Below are positions 18,159 through 27,090 of a stretch of DNA of 64,000 nt, one piece after another. The notes under the pieces are model-generated. The model saw nothing but the letters and a program-made list of their open reading frames with translations. It was not told where the DNA came from and searched no databases. The DNA lies in the NCBI GenBank assembly GCA_031459915.1, contig JAVKHO010000009.1, positions 1 through 64,000 of the forward strand, read 5' to 3'. The position numbers and the translations under genes are program-made. The DNA is from Candidatus Tepidifontimicrobium thermophilum. GTDB taxonomy: Bacteria > Sysuimicrobiota > Sysuimicrobiia > Sysuimicrobiales > Sysuimicrobiaceae. Within the stretch, counting starts at the first letter, position 1. Every line of letters begins with the position of its first letter.

Positions 18159-19442
18159 CTAGCGGACGCCGAGCAGGTCGGGGAACCACAGGGACAGGGC
18201 CGGGCAGTACGTGAGCAGCAGCAGGACTACCACCAGGGACGCCAGCAGGGGGAGCACAGCCCTGGCGATCTGGCCCAGGGGGGCTTTGGCGATGTGGGAG
18301 GCCACGTACAGGTTCAGGGCTACGGGTGGCGTGAGGGTGCCGATGGACAGGTTGACGGCCATCACCACCCCAAACCACACGGGGTCCCAGCCGAACTTCG
18401 CCATCACGGGCATCAGGATGGGAAGGAACACGTAGAAGATGGAGATGGCGTCCAGGGCCATCCCCGCCAGCAGGAAAAGGCCGTTCAGGAGGAGCAGAAG
18501 GACGTAGGGGCTGTCGGTGAGGCCGGCCACCGCCTTGGCGGCTTGGTCCATGACGCCGAGGGTGGCGCCCGTCCAGGAGTACAGGCCCGCGAAGGCCACC
18601 ACGGACATGACCACGGCAGAGGCCACGCCCGCCTCGAGGAAGGTGTCGTACAGGTCCCGCAAGGTCACGTTCCGCTGGACCACGAGGCCCACAAAGAGCC
18701 CGTAGGCCACGCCCACCACCGCGGCCTCCGTGGGGGTGAAGATCCCGCTGTAGATCCCACCCAGGATGACCACGGGGGCCAGCAGGCCCCACTTGGCGTC
18801 CCAGGTGGCCCGGGCGATCTCGGGCAGGGTACCCCAGCGGTCTCCGCCCCAGCCCCGGCGCCGGCTGATGAGGTAGACGGGGATGGCTAGGGCCGCCCCC
18901 ATCAGCAGGCCGGGTACCACGCCGGCGGCGAACAGCCGGGGCACGGAGGTCTGGGTGATGACCCCGTAGACCACGAAGGCGACGCTGGGCGGGATGAGGA
19001 CGTCGGTGGTGGCAGCGGCGGCCACCACCGCAGCCGCGAAGCTGACGTCGTAGCCACGGCGGACCATGGCGGGGATCATGAGGGTACCGATGGCCGCGGT
19101 GTCCGCGGGGCCGGTCCCCGAGATGGCGCCGAACAGCACGCAGCCGCCCACAGCCACGAGGGCCAGGCCACCGGGGACCGGGCCGATGAGGAGACTCAGC
19201 AGGTCCACCAGCTTGCGGGACACGCCGACCCGGTCCAGGACGTAGCCTGCGAGGATGAAGAACGGGATGGCGAGGAGGGGGAACTTGGCGATGTTGGAGT
19301 ACACGTTGGCCGCCATCACCTGCACCCCGAGCCCGTGGGTCCACAGAAACGCCAGGCCAGCGGCACCCACTGCGGTCAGGATCGGCGCGCCCAGGGCCAG
19401 CAGGAGCACGAACAGGCCGAAGAAGGCCAGGGTCGCGGTCAT
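18159..19442 (-). CDS. dctM: TRAP transporter large permease
   Basis: FPLLAIPFFILAG, GAISGTGPAD, LIPPS, GIFTPTEA, TPPVALNL; ATG at 19442 overlaps the dctQ stop. Confidence 0.92.
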   Translation of the reverse strand: MTATLAFFGLFVLLLALGAPILTAVGAAGLAFLWTHGLGVQVMAANVYSNIAKFPLLAIPFFILAGYVLDRVGVSRKLVDLLSLLIGPVPGGLALVAVGGCVLFGAISGTGPADTAAIGTLMIPAMVRRGYDVSFAAAVVAAAATTDVLIPPSVAFVVYGVITQTSVPRLFAAGVVPGLLMGAALAIPVYLISRRRGWGGDRWGTLPEIARATWDAKWGLLAPVVILGGIYSGIFTPTEAAVVGVAYGLFVGLVVQRNVTLRDLYDTFLEAGVASAVVMSVVAFAGLYSWTGATLGVMDQAAKAVAGLTDSPYVLLLLLNGLFLLAGMALDAISIFYVFLPILMPVMAKFGWDPVWFGVVMAVNLSIGTLTPPVALNLYVASHIAKAPLGQIARAVLPLLASLVVVLLLLTYCPALSLWFPDLLGVR

Positions 19443-19933
19443 CCGCGCAAGGAGCGGTCCACGTGGAGCGCTGCCTGCAACGCCCGGAGGACCATCACCA
19501 CAGCGAGCACGGGGACCCCGAGGGTGTACCACCACTGGGGCAGCGCCAGGGCTTCCGTGGTGGAACCCAGCTGCTGCTCCAGGCGGACCTGCTGGACGCC
19601 GTAGTAGGCCAGGGCGACGCACAGCACGCCGGTCGCTGCCGTGGAGACCCACAGGGCCGCGCGCCGGCCGCGCCGGGGGAGGTGGTCCACCACGAAGGTG
19701 AAGGCCAGGTGGGCGCCCCGGCGGAAGGCCACGGAGGCGCCCAGGAGGGTGGCCCACACGAAGGCGGCCAGGACGATCTCTTCGGTGAAGGCCAGGGCGT
19801 AGCGCAGGAAGTACCGGGTGATCACGTTGGCAAACGCGATGCCGAACATGGCCACGAAGAGGAGGACGAGCCCCGCCTCCTCGAAGACGTCCAGCCAGCG
19901 CCCCGGTACTCCTGCGCGGCCGTTCCGCGACAC
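19439..19933 (-). CDS. dctQ: TRAP transporter small permease
   Basis: NVITRY, FTEE, RRGAHL; four TM segments. Confidence 0.9.
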   Translation of the reverse strand: MSRNGRAGVPGRWLDVFEEAGLVLLFVAMFGIAFANVITRYFLRYALAFTEEIVLAAFVWATLLGASVAFRRGAHLAFTFVVDHLPRRGRRAALWVSTAATGVLCVALAYYGVQQVRLEQQLGSTTEALALPQWWYTLGVPVLAVVMVLRALQAALHVDRSLRG

Positions 19934-19946
19934 GTGCTCCCCCTGG

Positions 19947-20972
19947 CTAGCGGGTGTTCTGCACCACCTTCTCCGCGGCCTCCACCAGGGTGCGGCCGAT
20001 CTCCTGCTTCCACTTGCGATACACGGGCAGGGTGGCCTGCCGGAAGGCCTCCACCTCCTCCGGGGTCAGCACGATGACCTCCATCCCGTTCTTGCGGAGG
20101 GTCTCCAACGCCTCCAGGGAGCCCTCCAGGCCGGCCCGGGCCTCCCGCTTCTGCCGGGCCATCACCTCCAGGGCGGTGCGCCGGACGATGTCCTTGTCCT
20201 GGGCAGAGAGGGCGTCCCAGGACTGCTTGGACATGCCCAGGATCAGGGGGTCCACCACGTAGTTCCACACCGTGATGTACTTCTGGGTGGTCCACAGCTT
20301 GAAGGGGATGATCACGGAGTTCACCGGGTTCTCCTGACCGTCCACCGTGCCCTGCGCGAAGGCCGTCTGCGCCTCCGCCCAGTTCATGCTCACGGGGTTG
20401 GCGCCCAGGAAGCGGAAGATGTCGATGAAGATGGGCGAGCCCACCACCCGGATCTTCAGGTTCTGCAGGTCCGCGGGCCTGCGCACCGGCCGGACGGAGT
20501 TGGTGAGCTGGCGGAAGCCGTTCTCGCCCCAGGCGAGGGGGACGACCCCCTTGGACTCGATGATCTGGAACAGCCGCTTGCCCACCTCGCTCTGCTGGAC
20601 TGCGTCCAGGGCCCGGTAGGCTTTGTCCCCGGGGAACAGGAAGGGCAGGGAGAACAGGTTCAGCTCCTTGACCTGAGGGGACCAGTTGATGGTGGACCCG
20701 ATGGCAAAGTCCGCCACCCCCTGGACCAGGAGGAGGAACTCCGTGGTCTGCCGACCTGCGAACAGCTGTCCGGCGAAGTAGGGTTTCACGTTGATCCGGC
20801 CCTGGGTGCGCTCCCGCACGAGTTCCGAGAACCGCGTGGCCGCCTCTCCCCACGGACCCGCGGGGCCGACGACCACGCTCATCTTGAACTCGGGCTTGTA
20901 CTGGCCGGGCGCTGACGCGGCCAGCAACCCCACGACCAGCAACGCGATAGCCAGCGCGCTCGGGCGCCTCAC
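19947..20972 (-). CDS. dctP: TRAP substrate-binding protein (carboxylate type)
   Basis: Signal peptide, ENGFRQLTN, LKIRV (conserved Arg present), GTVDGQENP. Confidence 0.92.
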   Translation of the reverse strand: MRRPSALAIALLVVGLLAASAPGQYKPEFKMSVVVGPAGPWGEAATRFSELVRERTQGRINVKPYFAGQLFAGRQTTEFLLLVQGVADFAIGSTINWSPQVKELNLFSLPFLFPGDKAYRALDAVQQSEVGKRLFQIIESKGVVPLAWGENGFRQLTNSVRPVRRPADLQNLKIRVVGSPIFIDIFRFLGANPVSMNWAEAQTAFAQGTVDGQENPVNSVIIPFKLWTTQKYITVWNYVVDPLILGMSKQSWDALSAQDKDIVRRTALEVMARQKREARAGLEGSLEALETLRKNGMEVIVLTPEEVEAFRQATLPVYRKWKQEIGRTLVEAAEKVVQNTR

Positions 20973-21049
20973 GTTCGTCCACCCCCTTGAGGTTGTGGTG
21001 CGAAAAGAAGCCTTTTCCCCTATTCCTCGTCGGGACGCTCACCTCCTCC

Positions 21050-21084
21050 CGGTGTCTGACACCGCCGCCAGAGGCCGCTACACT
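21050..21084 (+). promoter_or_regulatory. sigma70-type ppdK promoter with an overlapping palindromic operator
   Basis: CTGACA-N17-TACACT at 21056-21084; palindrome CGGTGTC-T-GACACCG at 21050-21064. Confidence 0.55.
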
Positions 21085-21120
21085 GGGTGTGGAAACCCCC
21101 AAGGACCTGGAGGGAAGCCA

Positions 21121-23766
21121 ATGCGCAGGTGGGTCTACATGTTCTGGGAGGGCGACGCCCAGATGAGGGACCTGCTGGGTGGAAAGGGGGCCGGCCTTGC
21201 GGAGATGACCCGGATCGGGGTCCCTGTGCCGCCGGGTTTCACCGTCACCACGGAGGCTTGCCGGGAGTACTACCGCCTGGGCCGTCAGTTCCCGCCCGGG
21301 CTGTGGGAGGAAGTCCAGGACGCCCTGCGGGAGGTGGAGGAGCGCATGGGGCGGCGGTTCGGGGACCCGGACCAGCCGCTGCTGGTGTCCGTGCGCTCCG
21401 GGGCCAAGTTCAGCATGCCCGGGATGATGGACACCGTCCTGAACCTGGGGCTGAACGACCGGACGGTAGAGGGCTTGAGCCGCATGGCACAAGACCCGCG
21501 TTTCGCGTACGACGCGTACCGCCGCTTCCTCCAGATGTTCGGGCGTATCGTCCTCGGCGTACCGGGTGAGAGGTTCGACGAGGTCCTCGAGGCCTACAAG
21601 CAGCGGGACGGCCAGCGGCGGCAGGACACGGATCTCACCGCGGAGGAGCTGCGGGAGATCGCGGAGCAGTTTAAGGCCATCATCCGGGAGCACACCGGCC
21701 AGGACTTCCCGCAGGACCCGTACGAACAGCTGCGCTTGGCCATCGGCGCGGTGTTCGGATCGTGGATGGGCCGGCGGGCGGTGGACTACCGGCGGGTCCA
21801 CCGGATTCCCGACGACCTGGGCACCGCGGTGAACGTGCAGGCCATGGTCTTCGGCAACCTGGGCTGGGACTCCGCCACCGGGGTGGCGTTCACCCGGAAC
21901 CCCGCCACGGGTGAGAAGCGGCTGTACGGGGAGTACCTGCCGAACGCGCAGGGGGAGGACGTGGTGGCCGGGATCCGCACGCCCAAGCCCCTGGACGACC
22001 TGGCCCGGGAGATGCCCGAGGTGTACCGCGAGTTCGTGGAGGTGGCCCAGCGCCTGGAGCGCCACTACCGCGACGTGCAGGACGTGGAGTTCACCATCGA
22101 GCGCGGAAAGCTGTGGATGCTCCAGACCCGGGCCGGGAAGCGGACGGGAGCCGCCGCTGTGCGGATCGCGGTGGACATGGTGCGGGAGGGGTTGATCGAC
22201 GAGCGCACCGCGGTGTTGCGGGTCGAACCGGAGCTGCTCGCTCAGCTCCTGCACCCCACGGTGGACGAGCAGGCGCGCCAGCACGCGCACGAAAACGGCC
22301 AGTACCTCACCCGGGGCCTGCCCGCCTCCCCCGGGGCGGCCAGCGGCCGCATGGTCCTGGACCCGGACCGGGCGGAGGAGCTGGCCAGCGCCGGCGAGCG
22401 GGTGATCCTGGTCCGCAGTGAGACCACCCCGGAGGACTTCCACGGGATGGTGGTGTCCCAAGCCATCCTGACCGCGCGGGGCGGGATGACGTCCCACGCG
22501 GCGGTGGTGGCGCGCGGCATGGGCAAGCCGTGCGTGGTGGGGGCCGAGGAGCTGGTGGTGGACCCACAGGCGCGGCGCGTGCAGGTCAACGGCCGGCTGC
22601 TGGAGGAGGGCACGTGGATCACCGTGGACGGGAGTACGGGGGAGGTGTTCGTGGGCGAGCTGCCCACCCAAGAGCCGCAGCTGGCGGGCGAGTTTGCCGT
22701 CTTCATGGAGTGGGCGGACCGGTTCCGCAAGCTCGGGGTGCGGGCGAACGCGGACACGCCCAAGGACGCGCGCAAGGCGAGGGAGTTTGGGGCAGAAGGC
22801 ATCGGGCTGTGCCGCACGGAGCACATGTTCTTCGAGGGCGACCGCATCTACGCCATGCGGGAGATGATCGTGGCGACCCGTCCGGAGGAGCGTCGGGCGG
22901 CGCTGGCGAAGCTGGAGCCGCTGCAGCGGCAGGACTTTATGGAAATCTTCCGCGCCATGGACGGCTATCCGGTCACCATCCGGACCCTCGATCCGCCCCT
23001 TCACGAGTTCCTGCCTGCAGACGAAGCGGCCATCCAGGAGACCGCGCGGCGCATCGGGGTGAGCCCGGAGGTCCTGCGCCAGAAGGTGGCGCAGCTGCGG
23101 GAGTTCAACCCCATGATGGGCCTGCGGGGCTGCCGGCTGGGCATCCTCTACCCGGAGATCACGGAGATGCAGGCCCGGGCCATCTTCGAGGCCGCGGCCG
23201 CCTGCCAGGCGGAGGGCGTGCACGTGGAGCCTGAGGTGATGATCCCGCTGGTGTCGGACGCGAGCGAGCTCCGGCAGCAGGCGGAGATCGTGCGGCGGGT
23301 GGCGGAGGAAGTGCAGCAGCGCACCGGGCAGCGCATCCACTACAAGGTAGGGACCATGGTAGAGGTCCCGCGGGCGGCCCTCCTGGCGGACCGGGTGGCG
23401 GAGGTGGCGGAGTTCTTCAGCTTCGGTACCAACGACCTCACGCAGTTCACCTTCGGCATGAGCCGGGACGACGCGGGCCGGTTCCTGCCCCGCTACCTGG
23501 ACACCAAGCTGCTGCCCGAGGACCCCTTCCAGGTGTTGGACACTGACGGGGTCGGGCAGCTGGTGAGGCTTGGGACCGAGCGCGGCCGCCGCACGCGACC
23601 GGACTTGGTGGTGGGCATCTGCGGGGAGCACGGGGGAGAGCCGGCCAGCGTGAAGTTCTGCCACGCCGCAGGTCTAGACTACGTGTCCTGCTCGCCGTAC
23701 CGGGTGCCCATCGCCCGCCTGGCCGCCGCGCAGGCGGCCTTGGGCGACCAGCTGCGGGACGTGTAG
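21121..23766 (+). CDS. ppdK: Pyruvate, phosphate dikinase
   Basis: LLGGKGAGLAEM, SVRSGA, MPGMMDT, GGMTSHAAVVARG, GIGLCRTEHMF, FGTNDLTQ, GICGEHGG. Confidence 0.97.
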   Translation: MRRWVYMFWEGDAQMRDLLGGKGAGLAEMTRIGVPVPPGFTVTTEACREYYRLGRQFPPGLWEEVQDALREVEERMGRRFGDPDQPLLVSVRSGAKFSMPGMMDTVLNLGLNDRTVEGLSRMAQDPRFAYDAYRRFLQMFGRIVLGVPGERFDEVLEAYKQRDGQRRQDTDLTAEELREIAEQFKAIIREHTGQDFPQDPYEQLRLAIGAVFGSWMGRRAVDYRRVHRIPDDLGTAVNVQAMVFGNLGWDSATGVAFTRNPATGEKRLYGEYLPNAQGEDVVAGIRTPKPLDDLAREMPEVYREFVEVAQRLERHYRDVQDVEFTIERGKLWMLQTRAGKRTGAAAVRIAVDMVREGLIDERTAVLRVEPELLAQLLHPTVDEQARQHAHENGQYLTRGLPASPGAASGRMVLDPDRAEELASAGERVILVRSETTPEDFHGMVVSQAILTARGGMTSHAAVVARGMGKPCVVGAEELVVDPQARRVQVNGRLLEEGTWITVDGSTGEVFVGELPTQEPQLAGEFAVFMEWADRFRKLGVRANADTPKDARKAREFGAEGIGLCRTEHMFFEGDRIYAMREMIVATRPEERRAALAKLEPLQRQDFMEIFRAMDGYPVTIRTLDPPLHEFLPADEAAIQETARRIGVSPEVLRQKVAQLREFNPMMGLRGCRLGILYPEITEMQARAIFEAAAACQAEGVHVEPEVMIPLVSDASELRQQAEIVRRVAEEVQQRTGQRIHYKVGTMVEVPRAALLADRVAEVAEFFSFGTNDLTQFTFGMSRDDAGRFLPRYLDTKLLPEDPFQVLDTDGVGQLVRLGTERGRRTRPDLVVGICGEHGGEPASVKFCHAAGLDYVSCSPYRVPIARLAAAQAALGDQLRDV

Positions 23767-23770
23767 GACT

Positions 23771-24490
23771 TTGGTCCGCCTCCCCCTACCCCGTCCTCTC
23801 GCGGCGGGTGTGTTCGTGCGCCGGGTGAACCGCTTCGCCGCGGAGGTGCAGGTGAGGTCCGAGCTGTGGAGAGTCCACCTGCCCAACTCCGGCCGCATGA
23901 CGGAGCTGCTGGTCCCGGGAGCTCCGGTGCGGGTGGCGCTTTCCGGGACCGCTTCGGGGACCACGCGGGGAAGGCTGCTCGTGATCCGGCACCTGGGGCG
24001 TTGGGTGGGGGTGGACAGCCACTTACCGAACCGGCTGTGGGAGCTGGCGCTGCAGCAAGGAGGGCTGCCGCCTGTGGCGGGTGTGCGGTCCTGGGAGCGG
24101 GAGGTCCGCCTGGACGGGGAGCGGGTGGACTTCTGCGTCCACACCCGTTCGGGTGAGTGGCTGGTGGAGACCAAGTCCTGTAACCGGGTGGAAGCGGGAG
24201 TCGCCCTGTTCCCGGACGCCCCTACCGCCCGGGGCGCCCGACACCTGCGCCTGCTGGCGGACGTGGTCAGCAGGGGCGGGCAGGCCGCGGTGGTGTGGTT
24301 CGTGCAGCGCGACGACGCCCGTTGTTTGCGGGTGGACTGGCAGGCAGACCCTAGCTTCGCGGAGTTGGCTCACCGTGCGCGCCGGCGTGGGGTGAGGCTG
24401 ATAGCGTACAAGTGTGCGGTCTCCGTGGCCGCGGTCACTGTCTTAGGGCGGGTCCCCGTGCTGACCGGGAGACGGCACGGGAGTTGCTGA
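23771..24490 (+). CDS. sfsA: SfsA family nuclease
   Basis: RRVNRF, HLPNSGRM, RVDF, VETKS, FPDAPTARGARHL. Confidence 0.9.
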   Translation: MVRLPLPRPLAAGVFVRRVNRFAAEVQVRSELWRVHLPNSGRMTELLVPGAPVRVALSGTASGTTRGRLLVIRHLGRWVGVDSHLPNRLWELALQQGGLPPVAGVRSWEREVRLDGERVDFCVHTRSGEWLVETKSCNRVEAGVALFPDAPTARGARHLRLLADVVSRGGQAAVVWFVQRDDARCLRVDWQADPSFAELAHRARRRGVRLIAYKCAVSVAAVTVLGRVPVLTGRRHGSC

Positions 24491-24504
24491 GGGTGCGATC
24501 TGGC

Positions 24505-26082
24505 ATGGACCGTTCCGCCCTGCGCGACAGGAAGCCACGGGTCCCCAGGGACCGCAGCCGGCTGCTGCTGGAAGTGGTCCGGGTGCTCCACGAGGGCATC
24601 GTGGAAGCGTCCTCGCTGCCGCAGCGGCTGGCGGACACCCTGTGTCGGGAGGGCGGGTTTGCCGGCGTGGCGCTGCTCCTCCTGGAGCCTTCGGGCAAGG
24701 CGCTGGTGGGAGTGGCCCATTCCGGGATCTCCGCGCAGTACCCTGCGGGCCGTGTGCCACGGGGCCGGGGGCTGAGCTGGGAGGCGGTTCATAAGCGGCG
24801 GCCGGTGTACGTGACGAACCTGGCCGAGGATCCCCGGGTCTACGTGCCCGGAGGGGAGCTGAAGGATCCCCTAACCGGCCTGTTCCTCCCGCTGCTCGGG
24901 CGGGCGGATCCAGTGGGGGTCCTGGTGGTGCACGCTCCCGGTGTGAACGGGATCCCTCCGGAGGACCGGTCGTTCCTTGAACGGGTGGCCTCTCCGGTGG
25001 CCCTGGCCCTGGAGAACGCGCTTCTGTACGAACGCCTGGAGCGGGCGGTGGGCCTGCGGGACGAACTCCTGGAGGTCACCCGGGCGCTGGCGGCGGCGGA
25101 ACTGGACGTGGCGGCGCTGTGCCAGAGGGTCGTCCGGGAGGCCGTTCGCTTGGTGCCCGGAGCCGAGAGGGCGAGTCTCTCCGTCCGGGAGGGCGAGGAG
25201 TTCGTGTTCGTGGCTGCGGTGGGCTACGACCTGGAAGGTCTGCGGGGCGTGCGGTTCACCGAGCAGGATCGGCTGCGGTGGTACGGGCTGGACGAAGCTT
25301 CCCTGCTGGCGGGCAGGCCGAGGTGGCTGTCCGGTGAAGAAGCCCGGCGGCGGGCTGAAGCCACACGGCCGGTCCAGGGTTCGGAGGCCATGGACCGTCA
25401 CGGCGACATGGACACGCTGCAGGTCACCCTGGGCGTCCCCATCGTGCTCGACGGCCGCTTGGAGGCCTTCCTCAACCTCGATAGCCACAGTGATCCAGAG
25501 GCCTTCGGGGAGGAGTCGGTGGAGGTGGCCACCATTTTCGGCCACCAGGTGGCGGCCATCCTGAAGGGTGCCCGGCTGCGTGCCCTGCTGGCCCATCAGG
25601 CCACCACGGACGCCCTAACGGGCGTGTACAACCGCCGGTACATGGAGCAGCGGCTCCGGGAGGAGCTAGCCCGGGCGGGGCGTGGCGCGGGCGCGTTGTC
25701 CTTCGCCTTGCTGGACGTGGTGGGGCTCAAGCGGGTGAATGACACCCTGGGCCACGCGGCCGGGGACCTGGTGCTGCAGGAGGTGGCGGGGCAGCTCCGG
25801 GAGGCCGTGCGGGCTTCCGACGTGGTGTGCCGGTACGGTGGGGACGAGTTCGCGGTCCTGTTCCCCGACACCGGGCGCGCGGAGGCGGCTCAGGCCGTGA
25901 GACGGGCCCTCAGGGCGCTGGCTGCCCGAGAGGGCGTGTGGGGGAAGGGGATCCCCGTGAGCGCAGGGGTGGCGGCTTTCCCCCACGACGGGCGTTCGGC
26001 GGAGGCGCTGGCCTCGGTTGCGGACCGCCGCATGTACAAGGCGCGCCAGCTGGGCGTGGACCTGTGCGCGGAGGAGGCCTGA
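24505..26082 (+). CDS. GAF-GAF-GGDEF diguanylate cyclase
   Basis: Two GAF domains; TDALTGVYNRR, VNDTLGHAAGD, RASD I-site, RYGGDEF. Confidence 0.9.
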   Translation: MDRSALRDRKPRVPRDRSRLLLEVVRVLHEGIVEASSLPQRLADTLCREGGFAGVALLLLEPSGKALVGVAHSGISAQYPAGRVPRGRGLSWEAVHKRRPVYVTNLAEDPRVYVPGGELKDPLTGLFLPLLGRADPVGVLVVHAPGVNGIPPEDRSFLERVASPVALALENALLYERLERAVGLRDELLEVTRALAAAELDVAALCQRVVREAVRLVPGAERASLSVREGEEFVFVAAVGYDLEGLRGVRFTEQDRLRWYGLDEASLLAGRPRWLSGEEARRRAEATRPVQGSEAMDRHGDMDTLQVTLGVPIVLDGRLEAFLNLDSHSDPEAFGEESVEVATIFGHQVAAILKGARLRALLAHQATTDALTGVYNRRYMEQRLREELARAGRGAGALSFALLDVVGLKRVNDTLGHAAGDLVLQEVAGQLREAVRASDVVCRYGGDEFAVLFPDTGRAEAAQAVRRALRALAAREGVWGKGIPVSAGVAAFPHDGRSAEALASVADRRMYKARQLGVDLCAEEA

Positions 26083-26132
26083 AGCCGCGTGTGCTGGCGG
26101 TCCGCGGGCGGCTCCTCGCACGCAGGCTCGCG

Positions 26133-26882
26133 CTAGCGGACCACCTGGTACCGGGCCAGTAGTTCCCCGCCGTACTCCCGAAGCTCGCGCAACGCAAGCC
26201 GCAGGGGCCCGCCCACCGGACCGGCCACGATCCGGCCCGCGGCACCCCCGGCCAGCAGCGGCGCCACCGTCAGGAACAGCTCGTCCACCACTTTCGCTGC
26301 CAGCAGGTGCGCGTTCAGGCTGGGACCTCCTTCGCACAAGACCCTCCGCACTCCGCTTTCGTACAACCAAGTGAGGGCCTGGGGTAGATCCACCGAGCCC
26401 CGGCCGAAGGCGACCACCTCGGCCACCGCTTCCAAAGCGCGCCTCCGGAAAGGGTCCGCGTCCTCGGTGGTGATGACCACGGGGCGGTTGCGGGGCTCTG
26501 CGAACAGTTTCAGGGAAGGATCTAGGTGGAGCCGCGCGGAAACCACAGCGAGCCGGGGTACGGGCGGCGAGCCGCGCCGGCGCCTGCGTTCCTGGGCCCG
26601 CGGGTCCAGCCGGGGGGGGCCGTAGCCCTCGAGCCGCACCGTGCCCGCGCCCACCAGGACCACGTCGCAGTGCTCCCGAAGCCTGCGGAAGGCCACCCGG
26701 TCTGCCGCCCCACCCATCCCCCGGGTCCGGCCCCCCAGGTGTGCCGCGCCGTCCGCAGTCGCCACCATGTTCAAATAAAGGAAGGGCCGGCCCGCAATTT
26801 CCGGAAAGCGCAGGTCCGCGTACAGGTCCTCCAGGGCCTCCTCCCGACACTCGGGAAACAGCACCCGCACCACGCGTTCCAC
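26133..26882 (-). CDS. RibD C-terminal / DHFR-like pyrimidine reductase
   Basis: NMVATADG, VGAGTVRLEGY, LCEGGPSL, VDELFLTVAP. Confidence 0.85.
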   Translation of the reverse strand: MERVVRVLFPECREEALEDLYADLRFPEIAGRPFLYLNMVATADGAAHLGGRTRGMGGAADRVAFRRLREHCDVVLVGAGTVRLEGYGPPRLDPRAQERRRRRGSPPVPRLAVVSARLHLDPSLKLFAEPRNRPVVITTEDADPFRRRALEAVAEVVAFGRGSVDLPQALTWLYESGVRRVLCEGGPSLNAHLLAAKVVDELFLTVAPLLAGGAAGRIVAGPVGGPLRLALRELREYGGELLARYQVVR

Positions 26883-26924
26883 TTCCTCCCTCCCGCAGCG
26901 CCCCTGGGACCGCCGCCCCGGTCC

Positions 26925-27090
26925 TTGACAAGGGGGCGGTCCGATCCAGGATAATGCGTCCGCGATGACGAGCGGCAGTTCAGGTAGGCTGTCGAGATCC
27001 TGTCCCTCGCCTGCCTGGGGGTCGCCCGGCGCGACCTAGGCCCGGCCGCCCCGGCGCCCTTCGGCGGAGGGGGGCGCCTGGAGGCGAGCT
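26925..27090 (+). promoter_or_regulatory. mgtE promoter and structured leader with a 24-aa uORF
   Basis: TTGACA at 26925 and GATAAT at 26950 (19-nt spacer, long); three hairpins; uORF 26965-27039; RBS GGAGG at 27080. Confidence 0.4.

Noticed and set aside
19822..23664. 1280-aa minus-strand ORF and many other long overlapping ORFs (e.g. 33514-35907, 26980-28584, 58012-59832)
   Set aside because: Antisense or alternate-frame shadows of well-supported genes, expected at high GC; no recognisable motifs
26960..27090. M-box (ykoK) riboswitch before mgtE
   Set aside because: Lacks the conserved M-box sequence blocks and is too short
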